Source: Amoebophrya sp. A120 | Lineage: Eukaryota > Protista > Dinoflagellata | Assembly: GCA_905178155.1 (NCBI GenBank) | Contig: CAJINV010000012.1 | Span: 2,632,707 to 2,696,706 of the forward strand | Length of the DNA: 64,000 bases | Direction of reading: 5' to 3' | Shown: one piece after another, positions 24,363 through 37,100 of the stretch | Numbering within the stretch: the first letter of the stretch is position 1 | Layout of the letters: the number at the start of each line of letters is the position of its first letter | Made by a program: the position numbers and the translations under genes | The notes under the pieces: model-generated | The model's input: only the letters and a program-made list of their open reading frames with translations | What the model was told of the DNA's origin: nothing | The model's database searches: none

Positions 24363-25195
24363 TTTTTTGTTTCGCAGCGGTCGTTGATGAGCAAGAGATA
24401 GTACAAATTGTGGTGTTTTAGTTTATCTTGCAGAGGAAGGAAGTATATCAGAGGGAGCCGTAATGTTGCTGTACTGTAGTAACGACGTCGGATGCGAAGC
24501 GTGACCAGTGAGCCAATACAGAAACAAAATGGAACCGCGAAATTCTATTCCCGTGCACAATCTAAAAAGAAGCCTATACGAAAAACAGAGCCTGGTGTGA
24601 GATTATGAGTAGATGCATGCATTTATGATCCATGGATGGTCAGACTAGGACCACAAGGTGCTGACACTCAAAGCACTTTTATAGTAGTTTTGGTTTCATA
24701 CTTCGGAGTGGATCTTCATTTCTGGCTGGCTCAGTTCCAACTCGTGAGCGAAGCAGCTGCGTAGTTCAAGATCTTCGTCTTCACAACGAATTTTTTTTTC
24801 CAGGACGATTGCGAGATCCGACAGCTCAGCCTTCTGTTTGCGAAAAAGTGGTGGATCTTACTTACTCTATCCATCGGTCACAACGCTATTGGTCTTGTCG
24901 TTCTTATTTCACGATCATTATCTCGCGTCAAGATTGTTTTTCTGCTTTTTGCGGATCAAGAATTTGAATTTGTTTCCTCAGGCGTGTCATGTGTGGTCAG
25001 ATCGTTCAGCTGCATGAGCATGATCGGTCTGAATCGATGATCAGTCAAAGATCTTGTAGTAGGACACAAGACAGCACAAGGCAGCGGCTTTTACTTCCTA
25101 CTTCGTCCTCGCCTTCGCAGCGACTTATGGTGAGCCTGGTACTTTCCGACAAAGAAGAAGATTATACTTCGTAATGAGGTCGTGTAATACCAATA
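24361..25195. repeat. Upstream region duplicated at 30282-30742
   Basis: Shared blocks such as AAATTGTGGTGTTTTAGTTT, GGATGCGAAGCGTGA, TGAGCCAATACAGAAACAAAAT and GGTCTGAATCGATGAT. Confidence 0.85.
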
Positions 25196-26409
25196 ATATA
25201 TTTCGCGATAACTACTGCTCTGCGTAACAGCTATTGGTCTGCTCGATCTCAAAGTTAAAAGTTTTATTTGTTGCAGGTCCTCCGACGTCTGGTCGACGTT
25301 GCTCAGCAGGTAGTTCTTCTTTAAAATCTCCTCTAGTGATGCCCACGCCGATCATTCTTCCACCTCCACATCTTTTGTTCATTCTATCCCTGGCACTGCT
25401 GGCGCTGCAACTCACGACGCTACATCTAGTCGGACAAGCCCTGAGCTTTCCAGAAATCCTTGTTGTGCCTTCTCAACATTGTGCTACTTTTTAGCCCTCG
25501 AATAAAAGATCAAACTGGCGGCAACAAGAGATCAAAAAGGCGGCAACAAAGGATCAAAAAGAGCGGCGACATTCCTCACCGATCGCCGACGCGTCGAAAA
25601 TTATGAACGCCTCAATGCACAGGATAAGTCATTGTCTGAGCCTTCCCTGGTCGTTCCGCAACCTGTTTGCAACTACTCCCACCGACTACCAGCACAAGTG
25701 TGAGGGGAGTTGTCCGTGCACCCGATGTCGCCCTTTCCTTGGCCGTCTCGGCAATTGAAGCACCGTCTTAGAATTTTTTTTTCTATCTCCTCCAGCGCCG
25801 CGCGTTGAAACGGGTCGGGGCTCTTGCAACTACAGGTCTCCACATTCAAACATGCGCACGGTGGAAGTGACATTTCACCACACTCACCAGCACGCTGGAG
25901 GAGCTGTCGCTGATCGTGCTGCCACTCGTCAACATTTTGCCTCCGTATACTGACCAACGCCGCCCGCGAGGGACACATTTCCGCAAGGCCCTGCGAGTGC
26001 AGGCCTATGTCAGAATAGCGCGCCAATCCGTATGGTCCGCAAGTCTGGTTGTGGGAATAGTACACGCGCTGCCAGTGTGAAGCGTCCTGAGCCTCTGCGC
26101 CAATTGTATTGCGTCTGCTTGGCCGCACGTCATTTGTTTGCTTCCGAGAAAACAAAACTTTTGTCCTGCAGAAAAGTACATGCACACCGCATTTTTACCT
26201 TTAAAAAATAAATCTATCTTCTCGCGCCGCAAAAAAAGCACTTTGTGACTGTACCGCATGAAAAGCTTTCACTTTGTGAATTTTAGTAGTGCCTGCTGTC
26301 CTCGTATCGATATAAATTTGTATAGCGGATAATTCGCATGATAGACTGCAAGCTGCGTTCTGCATGGCAGCACTACAGCGACTGTCTTGTGGTCTCCGTC
26401 TTCGCAGAC

Positions 26410-29400
26410 TTACATTAGATTATATGTCTTTTTTCTTTTTGATGTCAAGACATGATCACGAATGCGCTTGACGAAACGCAATCTTTTTTTCTGGTATAAT
26501 GGGTGCAATGGAGGACTCTTGTCTTGGATAGCTTTTGCGGTCCGCAGGTACAGTTGCAAGTCGTCCTGGAATATCAAATGTAAAAATGTCTGGGTCTGGA
26601 AGAAGGGAACTTGTGATGCTGAATTTGGATTCCAAAAAAATCTGTATTGCATGAGCAGCAAAGAGAATGCAATTTTTGCTACGCGGAGAGGGCATTTGTC
26701 ATGCGGAATAGGCATCGCGAAGCCCTCAAAAAATCTGTGATGCTAGGGCATGCATCACAGACATCATCATGGCCAATGCAAAACATGCATGACAAGTCTC
26801 AGAATCTTCCAGACCCAGACATTTTTACATTTGATATGGAAAAAATCGCGCGGACCTGGCGGTGCTTGTGCTCGTGCCTCTGAAGTAGACGAAGAGGTTG
26901 CAGGACCGGTCTTTTGGAAGTCAGTTGACGCTGCTGCTTGTCCCTTTTGGACCCGCCGGATTACCAGCGTCAACACAGCATCATCACCCTCTTCAGGAAA
27001 CGATGGCCGGTCGCCGAAGACGTCAGCCAGAACCATACTCCTCGCAGCGGCAGCATTGACGAGAGCCAAAGACTCGTCGCTCCCTGGACCTGCCTTGTTC
27101 ACCCCGTCTGCGCGATGAAAGTTGACTTCCTCGAGTGTTATCGGCTTGGGATACAAGTAAGCGGGCGAGAAATTATTTTCCTTTTGAATTTTATTTCCAA
27201 CTACAGAAGTAGTTCCAGTTCCTCTTCCTTCTCTATTAATGGACGCTATCGTGTGCAGATCCAGCTTCGTAGCCAGCTCCTCGACATTCCATTCTTCCCA
27301 GTTTTCTTCGGCACCACCATCAAAGCGCACGGCTTGCGCTGCGTCTTCTGTCTGAACGATAAGACCGCGCCGGCCTGATGTTTTTTGACCCGCGACGTCG
27401 AGTGGAGGTCGCGTGGACGTGGGAACAGTAGTACAAGTGCCAACTGGTGTTGAACTAGGAATATGGGATTCTCAAATGTTACATTCTCAACTGTTACATG
27501 ATGAATTTGAGATGCACCAGCAGCAAAAGTGAACGCGGCAAGAACAAGATTTAGATTTTTGCACACTTCGCATTACAAATTTGGAACAGATTCAGGTGCT
27601 GTTTTGCCCTTCGAGAATTCGTCACGGACGCGAAGCACCTTGAAGATCGTGCGCTGGCCGCGTATGGCAATTTTGTAGTATGACAAATCATGTAACAGCT
27701 GAGCATGTAACGTTTGAGAACCCCATACGGAGTCTTTTCGGCGTGGTGGCCAGAGCAACAAGAACCCTTGCCGAAAATAATTTGCGGAGGGGCGCGGCGG
27801 GCGGGGTCATTACAGAAATAATTCTCGTCATCGTCTTTTTTATCAGCAGCTTCTGCGACAAGAACCGGCTCTGCCCGGTACTGAACCGAGATCGATGCGC
27901 CTTCCAACTTCAGCCCGCCTTTTTCTTCCAATTCAAACCTGAACTTAAGGGAGAACGCGGGCAGAGATTGCTGCACCCAGCCAGTGACACGCGGCTGCTC
28001 CGAAACAAAACGTCCGCCTCGACCCTTCTGATAAATCGCGTCTGAGACCTGGAACCTTGCATGTGCCTTACTTTCCAGCACTACTTTAATAATCTGCCGC
28101 ATCGGCCCATTAGGTTCGTCAATTGAGAATACACAAAAGTGGCAGCTTGGCAGGTCTGCTCGCAGCGTACTCAAGTCAATATTTCTGTGATCATCTTCAT
28201 CTTCGTCGGTCGCGGGCGTAGTAGTTTCTGTGCCTGCACCTCCGGGCGACGTAGTAGAGGAAGAAGACGGAGCGGTCTTGGCTGCACCTCCACCTGAAGC
28301 TGCTGAAGGCCTTCCTTCTCTGGCACCCTTCAGCAGTGGCACAAGTGTGACCAAGGGCGTGCTCACTACATCATCCGGACTTTGCAGCGCTACTTTATCG
28401 TCCTTTCGGCCCGGGTAGACGCTCTTTGGAACGGCAACCGCCGTTCTTTCTTGCACGCGAGACCAATTTTTCCCTGCTGTCCCTGAACAAGATGCAGAAG
28501 AAGAAGTGCTCGAAAATAAGTTATACTTCTCCGGCCAGAGTATCTCCACGAGTTCGGAATCCATTTGCACACTGTGCACAAAAGTTTGCGCAAAGGCATT
28601 GAGCTCCTTCGTCATTTGCTCGCGGTACTGCGGCCAGAGCTCGTTTATCGCTGCCCGCTCTTCATTGCTCGGCATGCGGCCTTGGATGTCTTTCCACTTG
28701 CGCCGTTTCGCCTGAGAGTAGTCGATCAGTTTAGGAAAGTGTTTGCTTAGGTCCTTCACCCACAACTGATCGAGAAAAGCCGGAACGGCCCGGTGAATGG
28801 AAGTCCCTCTCTCCAGTGTGTAGTAGTCCTGCCGTATGTAGTAGTCAATAGTCTCCTCATCTTCATCCGTGCTTAGGTTGTTCCCCGTCTCGCCCTCGCA
28901 ACTCCCCCCGCTATGGGACTCTCAAGCGTACTTACACTCTCAACTGTTACAACACCATGTGTCATCGTTACACTCTCACTCTCAACTGTAACAGTTACAC
29001 GATTTTTTGTCATGCAAAAATACCATCAGCCTCGAGCTCGACACGATCAAGATGCTGGCTCGCGTGACATCAAATCCTCGAAGGGGTAAATTATTGAGTA
29101 GCATGGAACAAATCCGTTCCAAATTTGTATTTGCAAGAAGAGGCGTAAATATCTACCCGCGGCCAGCATTTCTTTCCTTGCATCACAAGAAATTTGTGCA
29201 ACAGTTGAGAATGTAACGTTGGAGAACTTCTCCATACCCGCTGCCCGCAGCTTTTGACGTCGAAGACGCGGCGATTTTCGTCCCCGCTGTTGTCCTCCGC
29301 TTCTTGCCCCGCTTCTTTGTAGTTCCATCCCGTCTCTTCTTTTCGTGCTGGTGGTAGAAGAACCTTTTGCGAAGCTCTCTACTTGCTCCCCCTAATTGCC

Positions 29401-30130
29401 CCACCGCACTTTCGCGGGGGCCTGAGATCGTGTCGACAGTGCTGGGCAGGAAGGAAGCGACCTCATCCGCAACGGCATCCGGGAGCGACCGGAAGGGCGC
29501 CTCTCGTCCTGGAGAAGGTGAAGTTGCCGTCTCCTGCCCCTGCAGCCCCGTCCTTCTGCCGGGCAGCTGCTGCACAGAAGTACTACTACTAGAGAATCTA
29601 GTCCTCTTCCTGCTCCTTGAAGATGAAGAAGATGTAGACGATCTACTCCTATAGAATAAATCATCCCTGCTCCTACGAGTAGAGCCAATTTCTGCTGCGG
29701 CTGCGAACAGGACAAAACTCCTTTCGTTTTGCTGTTGTTTTTCGAGGAACGTTGTACTAGCTCCTGCACATGATCCCGCCAAGAGTAATTCCTCTTCAGG
29801 GTCTACGTCTAAGGCGCAATTGCTCCGCGAAAGCGGGGCTCGCAAGTGTTCTTGCCAGAAAGTCTGTCTATTAAGCGACAACCAGATCATGGCAGCCGCC
29901 AGATGAAGCATGCTGACCAGGAGCGGGGTCCTCGTCCTGCGGGGCGTGTGGTGCCCGGCGTCGTGGTGGCCCAGGAGTGGGCCACAAGAACTACTGTAGT
30001 TACAGCGACGTAAATGTTTCTTGCTGGGATGAATCGCGACGGCTCCTGCACGACGCCGACAGTAATCTGACGTCCATGGCACAACAACGCACGACGTTGT
30101 GGAGGAAGGATAGCACTTCATTCGTGCCAT
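26410..30130 (-). CDS. Hypothetical protein with a hydrophobic N-terminal segment; 3 introners; start uncertain
   Basis: ORFs 29183..30646, 27551..28765, 26767..27330 and 26410..26715 join in frame after removing 28912-29236, 27462-27727 and 26572-26836. Confidence 0.65.
26572..26836. mobile_element. Introner family B
   Basis: Family B TIR; TSD TGGAA. Confidence 0.93.
27462..27727. mobile_element. Introner family C
   Basis: Family C TIR; degenerate TSD AGGAA/CGGAG; removal restores frame. Confidence 0.88.
28912..29236. mobile_element. Introner family C (expanded)
   Basis: Family C TIR; TSD CCCGC. Confidence 0.88.
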
Positions 30131-31142
30131 TCTTTTGAGGTTAAGTTCGTGAAAGATGTTGAGGTTAAGTTGGATGTAAAAAGAAAAACCCAGCAGGAGC
30201 GTAGAAATAGTGTGTCTTTCTCCTCTTTGATGCCCGTATAGTGACAATGAAGAGGAGGTCTTGTCCTCAGGTGCAGATGCTATGTTTTTTCTGTTTCGCT
30301 GTTGATGAGCAACAGATAGTAAAAATTGTGGTGTTTTAGTTTTTATTGCAGAGGAAGCAAGTACTATATCAGAGAAGGCCGTTGTAAAAACGTTGCTGTA
30401 CTGTTGCGACGGATGCGAAGCGTGAGCAATGAGCCAATACAGAAACAAAATATTAGAACCACGAAATTCTATTCCCGTGGACAATCTAAAAAGAGGCCTT
30501 ATTAATAAGAAAAGAGCCTGGCGCGATATTATGAGGCTTTGAATATTATCAGGTGGGTCATGTTTGGTCAGATTGTTCATGATCTGCATGATGTTGGGTC
30601 TGAATCGATGATGATGACCAGTGAAAGATCTTCTACTAGAACACAAGACAAGGGGGCAGCGGCTTTTACTCCTTCATCGACGTATTGTCAGCCTGATACT
30701 TTCAGATTCAGATATTCGAGGCGAGGTTTACTAGTACCAATACTTTTGAGGGACGTGTACTTTGTTGGTGTGACCAGTAGCAGGACCACTACTTTTTTGG
30801 AGCGCAATAATCCTGGTGGAGTGGTGGTAGTAGATCTTCTAGATCATAAAATACGTCGTCGGTCATTAAAACAAAACATCGAAAAATCAAATCGGTGTAC
30901 CTACAAAAAGATCGTAACTCTAAAACTGGTTGTCGTTTTTGTGAAAATTGGTTTCGCAACAGAGGTTTAAAACAGTGTAGAAGATTGGCACTCTACTGAT
31001 CCTTTTCGTGTCATTTATTCGTTCTCAGAGCTGCCAGAGGTAGAACTAGAATGATGAAAAGCACTTCTTGTCCCACTTTTTCCAAAAAACTTTTCATACA
31101 AAACTCCCCCTCTTCTCACGACGCAACTGCATGCGTTGATTT

Positions 31143-34100
31143 TTACGGGTTTGAGACTTCGTCTGCTCCAGTCGTGGAAGCTGTTTTGTCTCCCTGGTCA
31201 TCTTGGCCAACAACAACGTCAGCACCATCTTTTTCTTTGCTAGAAGTTGAGGTGGCCGACGCAGCTTGTTCTGCAGAAGAAGTGCTGTCCTCGTCCTGTT
31301 TGTCCGTCGTACTCGTGGTACCTTCTTCTGCTTGTTCGACGTCCACCTGTGAGTTGTTGTGCGAAGACTCGACATCACCATCAGCACTGCTATTGGGATC
31401 TTCATCTTCCACCTTGCCCTCTTCCGCCTCGCGGTCCTGGTGCTTGTCTAGTTGGTCTTGCAGATTGTCGATTTCCGTTTGCGTCTTCGCCATCACCGCA
31501 TTCACTTCCTTTGCGTGCAACAGCTGCGCGTCCAGCAACACTCGCAGGATGTAGTTCTGCCGCTTCTCCTCGGTCATCTCCAAAAGGTCTTTCTCCACCT
31601 GTTTTTCCAGCTCCTGCATGTCCAGGAGCCCATCTTCCTCTTCGTCATCTACCTCGGTCTGCTGTTCGTCACTTCCGGTTGTAGTTCCTGCCAAATCCGC
31701 GCGCAATTGTTTTTTCTTCTCCTCCCATTGCTCCCCGGTGAACCGTATCCAGTGCAAAGATGTTGATGTCCGGGTCTGGTGTATATAAAGTTGCAATGCT
31801 GAGCGGCGCAGCATGAGGAGGCAGGCCATAAGAGGTGGCGCAGCATGACAAGTTTCATGTGAGCTCCTAGGTATTCTGCCTATTTTTTCGGATGACAAAC
31901 TGCGTTTCTGCATCAAGGAAAAGTGGGGTTGTCGGGTAAGAACGTGCATGACAGACTTGAGAGTCTCGCTAGCTGAGCATTTCAAACTTGCATTCTTCCA
32001 GATCCGGACATATTTGCAATGCATAAACTGCGACAGGGTCTGTCTCGCGGTTTCCACTTCCTGCTCAAACTTCGCCTCGTCCACCTTCATCGCGCCTTGC
32101 AACTTTGAAAGGTTCTTATCCACTGCAAAAGGGTATCGCACTCTAATTGCAAGTATGCAATACAAGTTCAGGTTAAACAGGCAAATCAGCACTACAAGTT
32201 TCATTTGTCATGCTGAGCCAATTTGTCATGCAATTTGTAGTTTAGTACGATACTTTATTTGCGATGCATAATTCTCCCACAGCATCAAATGATTTTTCTC
32301 GAACCGCTGCTGCGCTTCGTCGAGTTTCGCCTTCTCCAGCAGATTCATCTTCTGCCTCTTTTTATTGTCCGAAAATTCCCGGGCTGCTTGGTGCACCTCC
32401 TGCTATCCTGAGGAAAAACGTCCCCACAGCGCCATGCTGTAATGCATGAGAAGCATTTTCATCATGCAGATTTAATCTGCATGATGAAAATGCTTCTCAT
32501 GCAAAGCCCCACGAGAGGCGTTTTCTAGTCGTGTTTTGGAACTTGTCATGCTCCAATTAGCATGATATGCTAGATCTGTGATGCTGCTGAACTACCTCAA
32601 ACAGCACTGCACTTCGACGACAAACTTGTCATGCGAAACAGCCAAAGTTGGTTGATTTGTGTAGCAGATTTCCCATCTTGACTATGGGATCATGGGGACG
32701 TTTTTGCTCAGGATACCTGCATGCTCTTCACGATCCACTCCGCAAGCGAGCTCGGGTCTTCGCGGAGCGCGGACACGGACCTGGGGAACGGCCGGGAAAA
32801 CTCTTTCAACTCGATGCCCTTCAAGTCCAACTCCTCTCCTTGAGCGTCCCGCCCGCCGTACAGCTTGACCGTGCTCATCGCGAAGTGCGCGGACAGCTGC
32901 AGCGGAGCCTTCTTGTCGAACTATCCTATGTAAAAACGCCCCCACCCCATAGTTGTCATGCAAAAACGCATGCGCAAAATTGTTCTCATGCGGATCCCCA
33001 TGAGAGACATTTTCGCATGCTCTCTGGGGAAGTTTTGTGATGCTGGAATCAGGATAAGGTAGTCGATGTGTCATGCGGCTGCACTACCTCAAACAGCACT
33101 ACACTATGCGTCTAAACTTGTCATGGGAAACAGCTAAAACTTGTTGATTTGTGTAGCAAAGTCACCATCTTGACTCTGGTGTGGGGACGTTTTTATTCAG
33201 GATACGAACTCCGCCTTGCTCTTGTAGTTGTTGTCGTTCGTCTTAAACTGCCACACGTCCCGCTCGCGGTCGCCCCACTCGGTCCACTATCAAATGCAAA
33301 AATGTCTGGGTCCGGAAGGATGCAACTTGTCATGCTGTCTTTGGATTCGAAAAAAATCTGTATTGCGTAAGCAGCGAGAGGAGTCCAGTTTCTGCTACGC
33401 AGAGGGGGTGTTCGTGTTCCTCATGCGGTATAGGCATCAGAAAGCCGTCACAAAATGTGTGATGCTGGGCCATGCATTACAGGCGTCACGGGTCATGTTG
33501 GGAAGCTAAGGGCCATGCAAAATGTGCTGCATGGCAAGTCTTCCAATCTTCCAGACCCAGACATTTTTGCACTTGATATCCACCCGGCATGCGCCATGAA
33601 GTGAAACATGGGCTGCACCATTTCCAAGGCCTGCAACAGTTTCGGATCGGTCACCCGCTTGTTGGTCACCAGCACAATCAGATTGACCCCGTGCTGCATT
33701 TCGTGTCGTAGGGATTCTGGGTACACCCGCCCATACGCGGGGTACATCAATATGGAGTTCTCAAATGTTACATTCTCAACTGTTACACGAATTTGTGATG
33801 CAAAAACAGCAATAGGGAAAGCAACAGGTTGCAAGTCTTGCATCACAAATTTATTTGCCACAGACTTAGATGCTGTTTAGCCCTTCGATGATTTGTCATG
33901 CCCGGCAGCTTGATTGTCTGGTGGCTCATGGTCCTTTTGCATGACAAATCATGTAACAGTTGCGAATGTAAAAACGGTTGCGAGTGCCATAATCAATCCC
34001 TTCAACTTCGGCAACCCCTCTTTGTCCTGACCCAACAGAAAGTTCCGGGCCTCTTCCTCGTTGATGAAAGAGTACTGGGAATCCGCCGTCATCAACTCCG

Positions 34101-37100
34101 TATCCTCCTGGTCGGCGTGCACGAAGTATCCACTGCAAAAGAATCGTACTCGTAGTAATTATATGCAAACATGCATTACAAATCGTGTTCCTAAGCTAAA
34201 TCAGCATTACATCGGAGGCGCGGGTGAAATCGTGTTCCTAAGCTAAATCAGCATTACAAATTTTATCTCTCATGCTGAGGAAATTTGTCATGCATTTATA
34301 CGAGTACGATACTTTTGCAGAGGATACGAAGGCGCGGGTGATAATGAACTCGCTGCACGGATGGTACGAGGCGACAGGGAGTTGCTCTTCTTGTTGCTTT
34401 TTTTCGTCTTCTGAGTCCTCTTTCTCTTTGTCCTCAGAACCAAAAGCGCCAGCTTTGTCCTCCTTGATTTCCGCAAGTTGCGCGTCCTTCAGTTCCGCCT
34501 CAACAACTGCAGTGTCGGCTACTTCCTTCGGTGCAGCAGGAGTAGAAGAGGTACTTCTAGGTGCAGAAGCATCTTCTGTCCCCTCTTCATGATTCGCTTT
34601 GTTTTCAATAGGTTCATCCTGCTCCACTTCCGCTTCTTGTTGTTCTTGCATCGTCAACATCTTGGCCCTCTCCCTCGCGACCACCGCTTCCCTGTACTTT
34701 TTGCAATCCAACCCCGCTGGGTGATTTTTCGCAACTAGAAAATTCTTAAACATGTCGTCCACAAGATCCTTCTTCTCAAGCCCGTTCTGAAAAGGATCCG
34801 TATGGCTTCGAAACCGCTTCGCGGGCGCCCCGGACGGACTGTAAATACTGAATTTATTGATGTTGTCATTTTTGTCTTCACTGACGTCAGCAGGAGCATC
34901 TTCATCTTGGGCACCTACGACGACCTCAGCTTTGGTAGATGTAGAAGTTGCAGCGATGGCATCAGTTTGCTCTTCTGCTTTTTTATCGTCCCCTCCTGAG
35001 ACGACCACTCCGGCGGAAGAAAGAATCTTACGTCCGCCGCGAGACACTTCCCATTCATCGTCTTCTACCATGTAGCTGTAGAGGGATAGATTGTCAAAAC
35101 TCTGGAACTGCGAGTCCGCGATCTGCAGCTTCCCGTCAATAACCGTTTGGTAAATTTCGTTTTCCTGTTTCTTCCTCGCCTTGTGCTCTTCGAAGGAAGA
35201 CGGCTTGCCGAGCTGCTTATGCATTGCAAATAAGTCTGAATCTAGAAGTTTGTGATGCAAGGAAGGGAACAGGGAGCACACTGTGATGTGCTGCCCAACA
35301 TGACAAGTTTCTCATCTGGGGTTCAGAGTTGCGTGCTCCACAAGAGAAGTTACGTTTTTGCATGACAGACAAGAGGAGCTCCTCTTTGCGGGCACGCAAT
35401 CCAGAGTTGAGAGTCATGCCAGACTAGCATGACAGATCTCGCAATTATCTCCCAGACCCAGACACATTTGCATTTGATACTGCTTCAGCTGCTCCAGTTT
35501 CCCCACTTTGTAGTACATCTCCGTCGCGAGTTTGGCCAGCGTATTGAAAGGAAAAATCCCCCTCCCCATATTGAAAAGGTATGTCTCCGAAAATTTGTGT
35601 TGGTGATTTGAGGTCACAAATCACATTTGTCTTGCAAGAAGGCAACTCTACAGTCTCCGCCGCATTATTATATATGCGGACGGTTTATTGTGATGCTGCT
35701 TGGGCTACAGCGCAGACATTTGTGATGCTAAGCGTCCACGTCAGAAGCTCTGTACTCAGGCACGGCATATGCCTCCAATCCTGTACGGCAAGACAGCTCT
35801 GATTTGTGTACGGAAATCCAGCATCAGAAACCTCGTTTTGATATGGGGAGGGGGGATTTTTCCTCACGATACAGCGGCGGCGAGACAAAGAACGCCATTC
35901 GCGCGTTCCCGGGCAAATTCGTCTTCCCGAACGTGCTGGTAAAGACATTACCCCGCTTCACATGTCCGGTGGAAAACGGGTGAATCAGCTTGTTGCTGCG
36001 GAGATTCTCTTCCAGTTGCTTCTTCATAAGAGTTGTGGTCTCGTCCTTCTGTTGTAGGCTTTCATCTTGTTTATTTGCATCACTGCTTTTCTCTTCCGCG
36101 GCGGAGGTAGAGACAGCTTTGTCAGAAGAAGAAGAAGTACTTATCAAAAGGAAAAATCCCCCCACCCCATATCGAGACGAAGTTTGTCATGCTGGATTAG
36201 CGTACACAAATCAGCTCTGTACTGCAGGAGGGCATTGCGGCCAGATCCCCAGGCTAGGTAGGGGCGTAGGGGTCTAGGTGCTCAGCATTGCAAACGGCTC
36301 CCCTTTAGGCCCAACAGCGTGACAAATCGCTTCCAGAATGGGGCGGAAGCTTCTGCCATGGTCTTCTTGCAAGACAAATTTGATTTGTGGCCTCAAATCA
36401 GCAACGCAAATTTTCGGAAGCATGCCTTTTCGAAATGGGGAGGGGGGATTTTTCCTCTCAATAGTACTGGAAGCCGTAGAAATTGTGTAGTTTTTGCCCT
36501 CTTCCAAAATCTTTGCCACAACAGCCGGCAGACCGGTCCTCTCGTCTTCTTCGCCCCCGCCGTTGTTGAGAACGAATTGAAACTTGTCCTTTATCCCTCG
36601 CTTCACCTCGGACAGAGTGGGCATCTTCACCATGGGATCCCGCAAGATTTTAAGCAGGTCGTCCGTTGTTGCACTATCCGCCGTCGGGGGGTTTGCTGGA
36701 ATCTCCGAGCTTTCATCCCCTGTCATGGCCACCGCGGTAAACATTCGTCGCATCTCCATTTGGTACTTTTTCAGTTCCACCATATTCTCCGCCCAATCAA
36801 TAATCCGCTCCGCCCCGTGTCGGAACAACGGCGCATACTTGTCCTGGTCATACCACTGCACCCTCGGTACTCGCTGGCCAATATACATTGCAAAAGTTGT
36901 ATCGCACAAGTAGTATGAATCGAAGACTTGAATTGCAAATACCTTGACGAAAATCCGCATATCACAACTTCTATCTTGTTTCATGCTGAGAAAATAAATT
37001 TGTCATGCGATTCATACTAGTACGATAGTACTTTTGATGCAAAAATGCATAGCCAAACGTCGGCGAGGCTTCGTCTTTGTCTTTTTCCGTCGTCCAGAGA

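Noticed and set aside
25506-26185. Three ~21-bp tandem repeats (GATCAAAAAGGCGGCAACAA) and Cys-rich ORF 25673..26185
   Set aside because: No termini, clear start or homology, so there is not enough support for a gene or element call.
30131-30646. N-terminal extension of ORF 29183..30646 as coding sequence
   Set aside because: Most of it aligns with the non-coding upstream region of the uL30 gene, so the open frame is probably fortuitous.
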